In this document: piece after piece, positions 27,920 to 41,075 of the stretch
Numbering within the stretch: the first letter of the stretch is position 1
How the letters are laid out: each line of letters opens with the position of its first letter
Assembly (NCBI RefSeq): GCF_963921235.1
Contig: NC_086102.1
Coordinates: 66,278,001 to 66,342,000, forward strand
Direction: 5' to 3'
Source: Mobula hypostoma
Taxonomy: Eukaryota
DNA: 64,000 nucleotides
Position numbers and translations under genes: made by a program
The notes under the pieces: model-generated
What the model saw: only the letters and a program-made list of their open reading frames with translations
Database searches by the model: none
What the model was told of the DNA's origin: nothing

Positions 27920-30582
27920 ATCTTTGTGAACCTCCTGTGAACCCTCTCCAATGCCAGCACATCTTTTCTTAGATGAGGAGCCCAATACTCAAGGTGAGGC
28001 TCTTATATTTTAGACCTCTTGAAATGAATGCTAACATTGCATTTGCCTTCCTCACCACTGACATTACCTGCAAGTTAACCTTTAGGGTGTTCTGCACAAG
28101 GACTCCCAAGACCCTTTGCATCTCAGATTTTTTGGATTTTTCTTCCTGTTTAGAAAATAGTCTGCACATTTATTTCTACAACCAAAGCACATGATCATGC
28201 ATTTTCCAACATTGTATTTAATTTGCCATTCTCCTAATCTGTCTAAGTCCTTCTACAGCTTACCTATTTCCTCAACACTACCTGCCTCTCCACCAATCTT
28301 CGTACCATCTGCAAACTTGGCAACAAAGCCATCTATTCCATCATCTGAACCATTGATATACAGCATAAGAAAAAGTGGTCCCAACACAAACCCCTGCTGA
28401 ACACCACTAGTCACTGGCAGCCAAACAGAAAAGGATCTTTTTATTCCCACTCGCTGCTTCCTACCAATCCGCCAATGCTCTAACCATGCCAGTAACTTTC
28501 CTGTAATACCATGGGCTCTAACTTGGTAAGCAGCCTCATGTGTGGCACTTTGTCAAAGGCCTTCTGAAAGTTCAAATATACAACATCCACTGCATTGCTT
28601 TTATCTATCCTACTTATAATCTTCTCAAAGAATTCCAAAAAGTTTGTCAGGCAACAGTTTCCCTTAAGGAAACCACGCTGACTTTGTCCTAAATGTCCTG
28701 TGTCACCATGTACTCCAAACTTTATCCTTAACAATTGACTCCAACATCTTCTCAATCAGAGGTCAGGCTAACTGGTCTATAATTTCCTTTCTGCTGCCTT
28801 CCTCCTTTCTTAAAGAATGAAGTGACACTTGTAATTTTCCAGTCCTCTGGCATCATGTCAGAGACGAATGACTTTCTAAAGATCATTATTAAGGCCTCCA
28901 CAATCTCTACTGCTACCTCTTTCAGAACCTTAGGGTGCAGTTCATCTGGTCTGGGTGACTTATGTACCCTTAGGTCTTTCAGCTTTTTGAGCACCTTCTC
29001 CCTTGTAATGGTAACTGCACTTACTTCTCTTCCCTCACACCCTTCAACATCTGGCACACTGCTAATGTCTTCCACAATGTAGACTGATGCAAAATACTCA
29101 TTTAGTTCATCTGCCATCTCCTTGTCCCCGGCTGTTATTTCTCTGGCCTCATTTTCTAGCAGTCCTATATCCACTGTCATCTCTCTTTTATTTTTTACAT
29201 ACTTGAAAAAGAGCTTTTACTATCCTTTTTGATATTGCTTGCTAGTTTGCTTTCATATTTCATCTTTCCCTCCTAATGATTCTTTTAGTTGCTCTCTGTA
29301 GGGTTTTAAAAGCTTCCCAGTCCTCCATCCTCCCACTAATTTTTGCTTTGCCGTATGCCTTCTCTTTTACTTTTACATTAGCTTTGAGTTCCCTTGTCAG
29401 TTGCAGTTGTACTGTTTTGCCCTTTGAGTATTTCCTTGTTTTTGGAATACATCTATCCTGCACCTTCCTCATTTTTCCCAGAAACTCACACCATTGCTGC
29501 TCTGGGGTCATCCCTGCCAGCATCGCCTTCCGATTTACTTTGGCCAACTCCTTTCTCATACCACTGTACTCAAATACTGCTACATCAGACTTTATTTTCT
29601 CCCTATCAAATTTCAAGTTGAACTCAATCATATTATGATCACTGCCTTAAGCTCCCTTATCACCTCCAGTATATTACATAACACATAATAGCAGATCTCT
29701 CAGTAGGCCCAACAACAAACTGCTCTAAAAAGCCAGCTTGTAGGGATTCAACAAACTCAGTCTCTTCAGTTAAACTACCAACCTGATTTTCCCAATATAT
29801 CTGAATGTTGAAATCTCCCATGACTATCATAACATTGCCCCTTTGACTCACTTTTCTCTTTCCTGTTGTAATCTGTGGTTCACATCCCAGCTACTGTTGG
29901 GGGGCCTGTATCTAACTACCATCAGTTTCCTTTTACCCTTGCAGTTTCTTAATTCAAAGCAAATAGTATTTGGCAAACTGGATTTCATTCAGCACAAGCT
30001 GATAATTGACTTCTGACACTTGCACCACACGGTGACAAACACTTACTGTCTGTAATGTGGAATCGTCTGATCACTAACTCAATTGCTCTATCACATTACT
30101 ATCACTGAGAAAGTCACTATGCCACCATCACTATTAACCAGAAGCTTACATTAATTAGCTGTGTAGATGCTATAAATTGGGTATTCAATAGGAATTGACT
30201 CACTTCTTTACATCTCAATCCCCTTCCATCATTTAGAAAGCACAAAGTCAGAAGTATGAGTGAATATGCTTCACCTCCCTAATTGAGTGTAGCTCCCAAA
30301 GCTACTTAAGAAGTTTGAAACCATCCAGAAGCAAACAGCCTCTTTGAATCTCACTCCCTCAAGCATACTGGATATTCCTTTCTTCTCTTACCGCTGAAGA
30401 GTGGCTGCAGTATGCATCATTTACAAAAGACAATGCAAATACTCACCTGGACATAGACAACATCTCTCAAACCCACAATGTCAATCATCAAGCAAGGCAA
30501 AAGCAGCTGCATTTATCCCTCCCAGATGTCTACCATCCTTTGAATAGAAGTATATCATTGACCCTTCATTGCCACTGAACAA

Positions 30583-31040
30583 AATCAGAACCAGAATCAG
30601 GTTTATTATCACCGGCATGTGACATGAAACTTGTTTACTTAGCAATACATCATATAGAAGAAAGAAAAAAATAAAAATAATAATAAATCAATTACAGTAT
30701 ATGTATATTGAATAGATTTTAAAAAGTGCAAAAAAAAACCAGTAATACCATATATTTAAAAAAAGTGAGGTAGTGTCCAAGGGTTCAACGTCCGTTTAGG
30801 AATCAGATGGCAGAGGGGAAGAAGCTGTTCCTGAGTCGCTAACTGTATGCCTTCAAGCATCTGTACCTCCTGCCTTATAGGAACAGTGAGAAAAAGGCAT
30901 GCCCTGGGTGCTGGAGGTCCTTAATAATGGAAACTGCCTTTCTGAGACACCGCTCCCTGAAGATGTCCTGGGTACTTTGTAGGCTAGTGCCCAAGATGGA
31001 ACTGAATAGATTTACAACCTTTTGCAGCTTCTTTTGCAGT
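30583..31040 (-). mobile_element. Rex1-type LINE 3' fragment
   Basis: DIFRERCLRKAVSIIKDLQHPGHAFFSL; tail aataaacctgattctggttctgatt. Confidence 0.78.
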
Positions 31041-31767
31041 GGGAGCACCCTCACCTTCAGGGCCACATGTGTGAAAGCCGCAGCACCTCATCACCTTCTC
31101 TAAAGGAGTTTAAATGGACTTTCTCAGCAAACTCCGATCACCCTCAAAAACAATAAATAAATACACTCAAACGGGATTATCTTGATCAGACAAAGAAGAT
31201 CATTTTTGCTCTGTCAAGTGCAACAGCAAGACATAAACATTTTGTTTAAGAGTAATTGAATACACTTCATCAGCATAAATTTTTTTTTATCATGTGGATA
31301 TTGTCCTTTGACAACAAATGAACTCAACCCCAATGTGCTTAAGCAGTAATTATGGTGCAGTAAAGGGTTTTAGTTGTCATTGGGAATGGAGAGAGAGAGA
31401 ACTCAAAGAACACACCATGCATTCTCTCCAAACTAATTACATTTTCTCTCTCTCCTAAAATAACAAATTTCTATTTGGAATAACATCTTCAACCATCCCC
31501 TCTTCCAAGCTATTTATTTTACAAGCCTAACTGACAGGAAGATCCAAATTTGCAAACAGAGGAAGCAAAACAAAAATCTTCTGCTTTTTAAGAAAGGTGC
31601 TGAGAAAAATTATTCTTGTGTCAGCCAAGTGAATTGGAGGCACAACATCCATATGATTCACATTTTAGTTTCCGCTCTCTGCTCTCAGTAAAAACCCTCT
31701 CTAGATTACTTCTGCAATTTTATGTCTTTTTATTCTTTTATTTACAACACTGAGTTCACAGCTACTA

Positions 31768-31980
31768 GCAACACACATCAAAGTTGCTGGTGAACGCAGC
31801 AGGCCAAGCAGCATCTGTAGGAAGAGGTGCAGTCGACGTTTCAGGCCGAGACCCTTCGTCAGAGTCCTGACGAAACGTCGACTGCACCTCTTCCTACAGA
31901 TGCTGCTTGGCCTGCTGCATTCACCAGCAACTTTGATGTGTGTTGCTTGAATTTCCAGTATCTGCAGAATTTCTGTTGTT
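31768..31980. mobile_element. Short palindromic Penelope 3'-end insertion with hammerhead cores
   Basis: 13-bp TSD ttcacagctacta at 31755-31767 and 31981-31993. Near-perfect ~75-bp inverted arms. Minus-strand core at 31831-31862; plus-strand copy at 31863-31883 lacks stem II. Confidence 0.9.
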
Positions 31981-33371
31981 TTCACAGCTACTAACTGGCT
32001 TTGAATTCGTAGTTCTGTTGTTTTCAGACCTGTGCAGATTTACTGGGGTACTTCAATAACAATCCTTCCACCATTCACTGCTATCCTTCCACCAGTCCAA
32101 GAATGTAATATTGGTTGAACCTGAATCATACTGACCCTAGATGTGTGCTGCTCATTGGAGACGGCCGTCTCACCGTTACCCATGCATTGCTGATTCACTT
32201 GGCTGTTACCCAGAGATGGCTAACGAGCCGTAGTCGTTACGAGCCACTGTGAGTGGGTTACCCTTAATTGTGGCATGAAAACTATGAAGATCCACTTTGT
32301 CATGAACTAGAAATCATCAGCCATCATTCACTAGCTTCTAAGATAAGTGCCAAAATATAAGCCTGTGAAACAGTAGACAGCTTTCAAGTCTGCGGTGTCA
32401 CAGATGAGTGACCATAACCTACTGGATAACTAAAAAGCTTTCAAATTTGCTGAAATATACCTGGTAATTTCTGTGCTACAAGCAACTGTGTTCTTTGATA
32501 ATGAGATAGAGTAAGTAGTGCAGCTAAAAGAACTGCTGCCTCTAAATCTTGTGTGATGTCTGCTTGAAGCTTTGCACGTTCTCCTTGTAACAATGGATTT
32601 CCTCTAATGATGCGGTTGGTAGGCAAAATGGTCACAGCAAAGAGTGCAGGTGAATGGTAGAATCTGGGGAGTGGCTATGACAAAGTAGTGAGATTAAAAA
32701 AAGGTTTTTAAGATAGTACAGTAAATGGGTGTTCATGATCAGTAGGATGAAGAGCCTATTTCCATAATTCTATGACTTGAGAGCATTTCAAGGTGCTAAC
32801 TCATTTTCAAGGCACAGAAATGCATCCATCTTGCCATATAAAGTATGGCAGAAGACACTGAGTGCCTGGATTGTAGCATTACTGGGCAGAGAGATTACCT
32901 TCAGTGGAGGCAAAAATGAGCACTACATTCTTCTCTATACACTATTCCCATTCGGAATTAGTTTCTAAGTATATAGATATCACACTGCTTTTGGATACGC
33001 AATAGCCATCCAAAGGAAGGCAGGCAAAAAGCACAATGTGAAACTCTCAAGGTGTTCAGTAAAAAAGCAGGAAAGATAACTTTCAATTTTTAACATTAAA
33101 ACTGGTAAATTACTGTAATCTCTCAGTCCTCTATCGCTCATAACTACAATCCAGGCACAACTTCCTCTGCCATATGTTAGTATATATGTTTCTATCAACT
33201 TTTCAGCATGATATATTTTTTAAACATATTGTTCTGCTCCAATTATTCTTAATGGATAAAATATTAAATATATAACATTAGCTTACATAAAACATTGCAC
33301 ATTCTGGAACCAAAAATCAAGATTTCCATCTCTCTTCTTTACTCAATCCCCACATTAAGTTCATATTTCTA

Positions 33372-33993
33372 CGAGGGGTGATTGATAAGTTTGTGGCCTA
33401 AGTTAGACGGCATCAATTTTAGAAAACCTAGCACATTTATTTTTCAAGATAATCCCCTTCTACATGTACACACTTAGTCTAGCAGTCGTGGAGCATATGG
33501 ATCCCTTCTTTGTAGAAGTGGTCCACGCAGGGTGATTGATAAGTTTGTGGCCAAAGGTGGAAGGAGATGAGTTATTAACTTCAAACTTTCTACATTATCA
33601 CTCAAAGAGTTGAACTGCACGTGCATTTAACAAGAGCGTCTTGGACCTCCAGGTGGTCCACAGCAGGGGTGATTGATAAGTTCGTGGCTTAAGGTAGAAG
33701 GAGGTGAGTTATACAGCTCTCATTACATGCACGTGCAGTTCAGCTCTTTGAGTGAAAATGCAGAAAGTCTGAAGTCAATAATTCATCTCCTTCTACCTTA
33801 GGCCACGAACTTATCAGTCACTCCTGCTGTGGACCACTTCTGGAGGTCCAAGATGCCGACTTCTGCAAAGAAGGGATCTGTATGCTCCACGACAGCTGGA
33901 CTAAGCTGGACTAATAGAGGAAAAATAAATGTACTAGGTTTTCTAAAATTGACGCCGTCTTCCTTAGGCCATGAACTTATCAATCACCCCTCG
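33372..33993. mobile_element. mariner-type fold-back MITE with internal TIR copies
   Basis: TA TSD; TIR cgaggggtgattgataagtt at both ends; ~150-bp inverted arms; extra TIR-like copies at ~33528, ~33664 and inverted at ~33797-33827. Confidence 0.9.
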
Positions 33994-35553
33994 TATGTTG
34001 ATTGTAATTGTTATCTGCTCTGCAGAGTTCCAGATGATAACTGGTGTGCTCATTCACAACTTGGCCAGAATGACATTTGAAGCCAGCATCTTATCATTTT
34101 CTGAGGCTGGGATGCTAACAGTTGAATCGTGGAAATATGTCAACATTCACCTTCCTTCCTTACTATGAACCCTAGCATACCAAGGGAGAAATACTTCAGA
34201 CGGCACAGCTTTCAAGTTCCACTGCGACTAAATCAAAACTTAAGAAGGAAGTTCTTAACTTTAATATATCTCTATTCAACTGGAAGGAAATCCCATCTTG
34301 CGATTTTTAAAAAAAAATTTCAAATTTAAACATTGCTCTGTTCTAAATAGAGTCGTTACTGCAGATTTTGCTACTGGCAAGTACATAGTGAGAGGGTGAG
34401 CAATGAATCAGCTTTGAAGTGTCTGCTTGGAATAACATAATCCAAAAGTACCAGAGGTTCTATTAAATCAGATGAGCAGCAGCCACTACTGCAAAATGGA
34501 TTTATTTTACTTGCAGAAATAAATATTAGTTTTATTATTAATTTTTAACTTTAATCATTGAAAGAACAATGTAAAAACAACTCTCCAGATACAGATCAGT
34601 GTGAAGCTTTTCTGCTTGGTACTCCAGCACGAAGCTCATCACCAAACAAAAAGACCCCTCTAAATTCGACTCTTTCTGTGCTGTCCAATTCGACACTGTA
34701 TTCCATAAAAATAAATTATTGAAAGAACAAAAGTTGCTTGCATTTCACCTTCCTCCACCACATTGTACAACAATGTACCAAGTTTAGATGTGTAGATTTT
34801 TTTTTTGATATTTGGCTTACAAACAACTACTGCATAGATCATTGGCTCTGGTGGAAGTATAAGTACAAAAAATACAAAAATGTATAATACTCTGCTACTT
34901 CTAAACCAACATAGATTCAAAAAAAATTCTTCCCCAAACCATCCAATTGATGTGTTTTGGTATTGCTTGCCACTCCAGATTTGTGCACTGCCACCACTGC
35001 AGGGAACTCGATGTACCCCGACTGATCGCCCCATTTTCCATACAACAACAGTAACTACTTTGCTGACTGAAAAGCATTTGGTATGCCTTTCCTTCTTTGC
35101 ATTTGACACTATATATTTAACTGTTTGAAAATTAGCTAATATTTCTGAATCCCAAAACAGTCCAGGTTAAAAGGGACAATAGAAGTTGTCCAAAGTGAAG
35201 TTCCATAATTATGGACTCAGTGGATATGAATTTGGGTAAAATCATCACTGCAAAATTAGTGGACTATTCCTACAATCCACATTCCCCAAGTGGAGCGCTG
35301 CAGAAAGTAATTACTAAGATGTTTTTGTTTCGTGCATTCAAACTGCAGCTGATGTCCTGAAACACTCTACTCATATGCTTTAAATATGTCTCAGCTTTAC
35401 AGCTAATGAAAAAACTATGCAATCCCAAGCAAGCACTTGAAGAACCACTCAATTAAATGCCAATAGTATCTGTTAAAACATAATTTCAGCTGCAAAGGTA
35501 AAAAGACAGAACTTTTTCAAAGACATTTATTGAAATTAATTAAATCAGCTTAC

Positions 35554-35724
35554 CTTACTCCAGGCAACCTCAGTGTCTAAATTAGTAGGCATGCCTTCAA
35601 CCGCTGATCTCCTTGTCAACTCTGCATCTGTTGCCGCCAGCCACTCTGTCAAAGCATTCACTTCTTTCCTCAGCTTCCGAGAAAATTTCAGAGACTTCTC
35701 CAATTCTTGCTTTCCTTCAGTTAC
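35554..35724 (-). CDS. DMD: Dystrophin exon orthologous to human exon 34 (171 nt, phase 0/0)
   Basis: VTEGKQELEKSLKFSRKLRKEVNALTEWLAATDAELTRRSAVEGMPTNLDTEVAWSK. Acceptor tactcag|GTA, donor AAG|gtaagc. Confidence 0.97.
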
Positions 35725-38700
35725 CTGAGTAATGTTGGGGTGGTGGGGGGAGGGGGTAAGAGAAAGATTGTATTTAAACATTGCTGCTTTAATGGATGAT
35801 CCACAGAGAAAATTGTCAAATTCAATCAACTAAACCATGCTATCTTCATTCATAATGAGAACTAGTGTGGTTAATTAAGCTGACATTTGAAGACCAGCTG
35901 CAGAGGGAAAGGGAATCAAACAGAACATTCAGAAAGGTTCAAAGAGATGCTTGGAGACTGAAGGCCAGAGATATTAACTAAGATCTATTCAGAAAACAAG
36001 AAGTCAAGATGGTAGGGGATTGGGAGGGTGGGAAAAAGGTGGAAGTCAGAAAAACTTTTGTGGGATTGGGAAGGGCTTAGCACAGGATGAGAGGAGCAAA
36101 AATCAGAAAATGGGCAGCTCAACTAAACTTATCACCTTTAAATGCAACATAGCTCAACACTGCCTCACTTTAAATGCCCCGCCCCATTAACTATTTGCTT
36201 CTGCACATGGTATACTTTTGTGCATTATTTCAGAACATACATTGAATAGTAATTGCTCCGACTGAGAATGACCTGCCTCCTGCACATGTATAGACTTCAT
36301 GCACAGAAAGGACCAGCTGGAAGCTCACTGCTGATACACCATGTCCTCGATAAAGTTCCGTAATCCATCATATAATTATAAAATCTATCCCATATAATCC
36401 CTTGGCTATTATTTCCTTCCCATTATAATGATTTCATCAGGCTAACTATATATCTTCTAATTAACATGTTATCATGAAAATAACACTTCCCTTGCAAATA
36501 AGAGGGAACAAATATTAAACATGATGCTTTACTATTGCTTATTAGTTTCTACATGGATAACAGGAGACAATGTGAAGTACTGAGCAGAAAATTATTCATA
36601 TTCTGGGAAAGAGAAGGACCACCTCCCATCTACAGCTCATATTAAATCCATCAAGCTAGATAATGAAATTGATATTAAAATCTATTGGAAATACAACAGT
36701 AATTTTCACACCTCATCTTCTTTGAATATTGTTGGCATAGTTCCTTCAAACTGATATTAAGTTATTAAAACTGCACTAGAATTAAGTCAAATGAGTGAAA
36801 CACTGTACATTGAAGGAACGACCCCTGCCATAAGTTGGAGATCATTTTACTTAAATAATTCTTGATAGTTTTGTGCAGAAAATACAATGTAAAACCTTAC
36901 TCATGCCCATGTACATTAAAATGCAGTCATTAAAATGTTTTCAGGTCAAATTCTGTGGCAGTGGCTGGAAGGGGAGAAATAAGTGCTTGCTAATTTAGTC
37001 AAGTGGGTACCTGTGATCCATGCTTCATGTGCAATCAAGTCCAACGAGATCATTGATAACAATGAACCAAAGATGCATCATATTATATGCATGGCAATGA
37101 AATTAGTGTAAAGTCATTGAAACTGGCTTCTAACTTTGCTCAAGGAGATCTTAGCAGAAAACACAGAAGAAATGCATGGGATTCCCAAAGGGAATTCTTG
37201 AAGTATATTTGTCTGTGATCTCTCAGACCCTTTTAAATGAAGAGCAATTCAGCTATACCTCAATTATTCACTAAGGGAGTTAGTGACAGGACAGGAAAGG
37301 GGTCTAATTCAATTTAAAATTCATCTATATTTTTCTTAATGTATGCATAGTGCTCAAGTTCACCAGCTTTCGTTTGAAAAGGCTGATTAAGGATTAATGT
37401 ACTTACATGCGAGCTTTGAAATTAGCTGTACCTTAGGAATTTACCTCAGCCTCAACTTTCCAGCAACTCTTTCGCCCCCAACCCCCAATTAAGATTTCAA
37501 CTGAATACACCACACCGTAAGTGAGAGCAGCAAGGATCAAAGGTAGTTCTTCTTCCTCCACTGAGAGACGGACTCAGGGAAGAATGGATTTCTAGCATTC
37601 CACAAATAAACCCCAGGCCTTTGCATCTAGGTTGCATGGTGTTGTTATTCATGATCCAAAGCAGCCATTAGATCAAGAAGCTCACTGAACAGTGGTTTGA
37701 CAGATCCAGACTACAGAAGAATGGACATTGTTGAAATAAATATGCTTTGTAGCTTCACAATTGTAGGGCAGTGGAACAGGCAGGCATAGCCTTCCCATTA
37801 ACAAAGCATCACATCAATAGTAAGTCACACCAGGATGCTTTAACGCATCTCCAGATGCCAGATGATCAGAGCTGCCTTGTGACAATGAGCTGTCCAGAGG
37901 CATTCTCAAGATCAGTCTCTTTCTCTATATTCCTGCCACCTACATTGCACCTTAGTGAAGATGCAAAATATTCGCAAGAAGCAACCATTACTGGTTGTTG
38001 GTGAAGCAAACTAAGAGGCATCAGTGGGATGAATCTTGCTTTTCTTAAATCAACAGAGGATGTTGATATCTTTGCTGAAAGGCAGCGCGATCTTTAAACA
38101 GAAGATTAAGGCTCAATCACAATGGGTAAGGTTAAGCTTAATGGGACTTGACTCTATTCCAGGCTTGAGCTGGATCAGGTAGATATTCTGATATAGTATT
38201 CAGGTTTAGGCCTAGTCAGGTGAGTTTTGGATTTGCAGTGGTTTTAATTTGACAATGACATATTAAAGAGCAGCTGGCAGATGGTGAATTTACCCGTGTG
38301 ACATTTATACTGGAAACAAATGTCACCATGCTATTACATGGGGCTTGTTTATCATTTAGACAAGTCCTACTCAGTACTTATACAGATGTTACATCAATCT
38401 CAAAATGCCTGTCAAATGAACACTTCCCCCTTTATCGTAAGTGACCGGCACTAACAGATTTTCCTTTCCTCTTCTCCTGAAGTCATAAGCACCCTGGAGC
38501 AGCATGGCTATGCAAGTGTCAGCCACTCACTTAAGTACAAATATGTAACTTCATCTTATCAACAAACAACATTCAGGGACCAAGTATTCATCACAGATGT
38601 TTTAAGTGCAAAAAATATTCAATTACTCTCCAGCATCTAGGCAGAGCACCTTTATAAAAAAAATCCAGAGCCTATATTTAACATGGCAAAGTTGTCATGT

Positions 38701-39238
38701 GAGGATATATACTGCCATCTGCAGCTTGCATTCTGTTAGCAGTAATAACCACTCCAAACACCCAAGCCATGTACTTCAGCTATACAGTAAATTTATACTT
38801 TCCAAATACCAGGTAGATTGGCTATGGGTTTGTATGCAAGATAAGAGAGATCAGAGAGTAGTGAGAGGGATGGAAATAGAAATGAGTGGGAAGAACAGAA
38901 AGGGAGAGTGATGTTAATGTGAGGAAGATAGTGAAGGGAGGGAATGGGACAGGACATGACTGGAAGGAAAGGTTTCAAAGAGAAAAAAAACCTATATTGG
39001 TGAGATAGCAAGGATAAACTCAAAGATAAAAGGCATTTCTGCAACCAAGGAGTACAGAATAAGAGGTAGTGCTAGAGGGAGGAAGAGGTTGAGATGATGA
39101 AATCCCACTTAAATTAATCAAAAACCATCCACTGTTCCGATAGTACCGCCATTCGAATAATCCAATCAGTGCAAGTATTCACAGAGAAAATCACATATCA
39201 GCATTCAAGCACTCTTTGAGTAGTTTCTTTAAATACAA

Positions 39239-39574
39239 GGAGAAGGTTAACTGATCTCAAACCTCCACCGCCTTGCGGCTATACTCACTCGTGGGGAAGG
39301 TTTCAGGAGTAAACCCTAAGGGGGAAAAATGTGGAGCTGGAGTCCCGAAGGCAATCCTATGGTGAGTTCAACACTGACCGGCAACTCCTGCGAGCTGGTG
39401 CCAAAATACATTAATTTCTGCCACCCCTTTGGATTCGTCAGCTGCTTGGAGGTGGGGGGGGGCACTGCTGCATGGGCAACAGCTTGCTCTCCATATCATA
39501 TTGCCCTGGCTTGTGTATCGTGTAGAAGCTAGGACACAACATTCATGGTTGACCCGGACAAACCGAGGGCCGCA
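39239..39574 (+). mobile_element. Short non-autonomous retroposon, possibly RTE-related
   Basis: 11-bp TSD tttaaatacaa at 39228-39238 and 39575-39585. The 5' part ggagaagg...tctcaaacctcc resembles RTE 5' UTRs (from recall). Confidence 0.55.
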
Positions 39575-40819
39575 TTTAAATACAAAATTTATTTAGAATT
39601 CATTACACAAATATATTATCAATGTATATCTTTGGTAAATTTAGAAATTGAGAATATGTGGAAAACTGGGTTTGAGGCCGTGGATGTACCATAATCCTTA
39701 GCAATATCAAGGCAGGTCTGTGATGATGCCTACGCTTGCTACTTGATTACTCCTTAAAAAAAAAACATGACTTCAACTTCCAGATTACTTGATCAACATA
39801 ATATCTAAATGTCTGTGTGCATTCATCAGACTACATTCTCCATCAGGCCATAGTCTAGCCAAGACTGGACACAACAAATTCCCTTCATGCTTCAATATGA
39901 CCTCTTAGATCAGTAAGAGGAATTTCCTAGCTGTGCACCATTCATTCTGAAGATCTTTCAGTGGATGGTACAGTATACTGTTAACCTAAAACTATAAGCA
40001 GTTCCATGACCAAATTTGAATTCCACAGCTGAAATTGGGCCAATAACCTAAAAATTTGCTCCTACATCCAATAGGACAAAACTCATTCCATCATCTCTGG
40101 CTGAAGTCAAACCTACAACCTTGCAATAAAATTTCACCCTTAAACATGTTCCACCACACAAGTTGGCCTACTGTTCCAAGGAGACCAAATATAAAAGTCA
40201 ACAAATTGAAATCGACTATGACATATCAAACATGCCATGACAGCCTTCATGTCAGACTCTGGTGATCTAGAATGGATTATTACAGTTCATGACACCTCCA
40301 GTTGATTTGAAGTACTTGTGACAAGAACACACCACAGCCAACAATATGCAAAAAAAAATTACTTAGATAATTATGAATGGTCAGCAATCAGCCAGGGGTG
40401 GTGAGAATTCACAGCAGAAAGAATTTCATGCTTCTGACAACATCCTTAACAAATAACAGAAATTCCGATTTGCTTGTGGCATCCACACAGACAACAACAG
40501 AATAACCAAAACTGAACTGAAAACTGGTTTCCAGCTGTTTTACCTGACTAATATCTGCAGCTGCGAAATCAACATTAGCCTAATCGTTTCCATGCTGGGA
40601 TTAACTTTATTTTTATTTGTGATTGACTGAGTCTATTAATGGCTTAATGATGTAATTACTCTAAATTTTGTTTCTCAACTTATTCTGGGTGCACAGGGGT
40701 TCCTGGAGGATACGTTTAATTTGTAGAAATAATTTACACTGATTAAGCATCTTCATAGGTTAGTATTACCTGGAGCTGAATTGTTAATTTCATTGCTTTG
40801 CAATTTGGACGAGGGACAT

Positions 40820-41075
40820 ACAAAAATGTTACTGGTGAACACAGCAGGCCAGGCAGCATCTCCAGGAAGAGGTACAGTCGATGTTTCGGGCCGAGATCCT
40901 TCGTCAGGACTAACTAGTCCTTACTAGCTCTTCTTTCAGTTAGTCCTGACGAAGGGTCTCAGCCCGAAATGTCGACTGTACCTCTTCCTAGAGATGCTGC
41001 CTGGCCTGCTGCATTCATCAGCAACTTTTACATGTGTTGCTTGAAATTCCAGCATCTGCAGATTTCCTCATGTTT
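40820..41075. mobile_element. Short fold-back Penelope 3'-end insertion with two hammerhead motifs (40876-40911 minus, 40942-40977 plus)
   Basis: 9-bp TSD gagggacat at 40811-40819 and 41076-41084. Inverted arms homologous to 47327-47430, each containing CTGACGA...GAAA. Confidence 0.88.

Larger units (their letters stand above)
27120..29955 (-). mobile_element. CR1 LINE ORF2 fragment, frameshifted
   Basis: MGDFN, KSPRPDELHPKVL, NYRPVSLTS, YLNFQKAFDKVPH, GVQQGFVLGP, KFADGTKIGG. Confidence 0.9.
26600..30560 (+). mobile_element. Old CR1/L2-group LINE remnant split by the 27120-29955 CR1
   Basis: QFGF, RLWHQG-like and FINDLP..FADD-like segments before 27120; YKAQVRS.SEYAS-like and 3' UTR segments after 29960. 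Confidence 0.55.

Noticed and set aside
33372-33993. CRISPR-like repeat-spacer array
   Set aside because: Eukaryotic intron; the repeats are mariner TIR copies in mixed orientation with a TA TSD.
34660-35109. 149-aa minus-strand ORF
   Set aside because: Non-ATG start, AT-biased composition and no recognisable homology.
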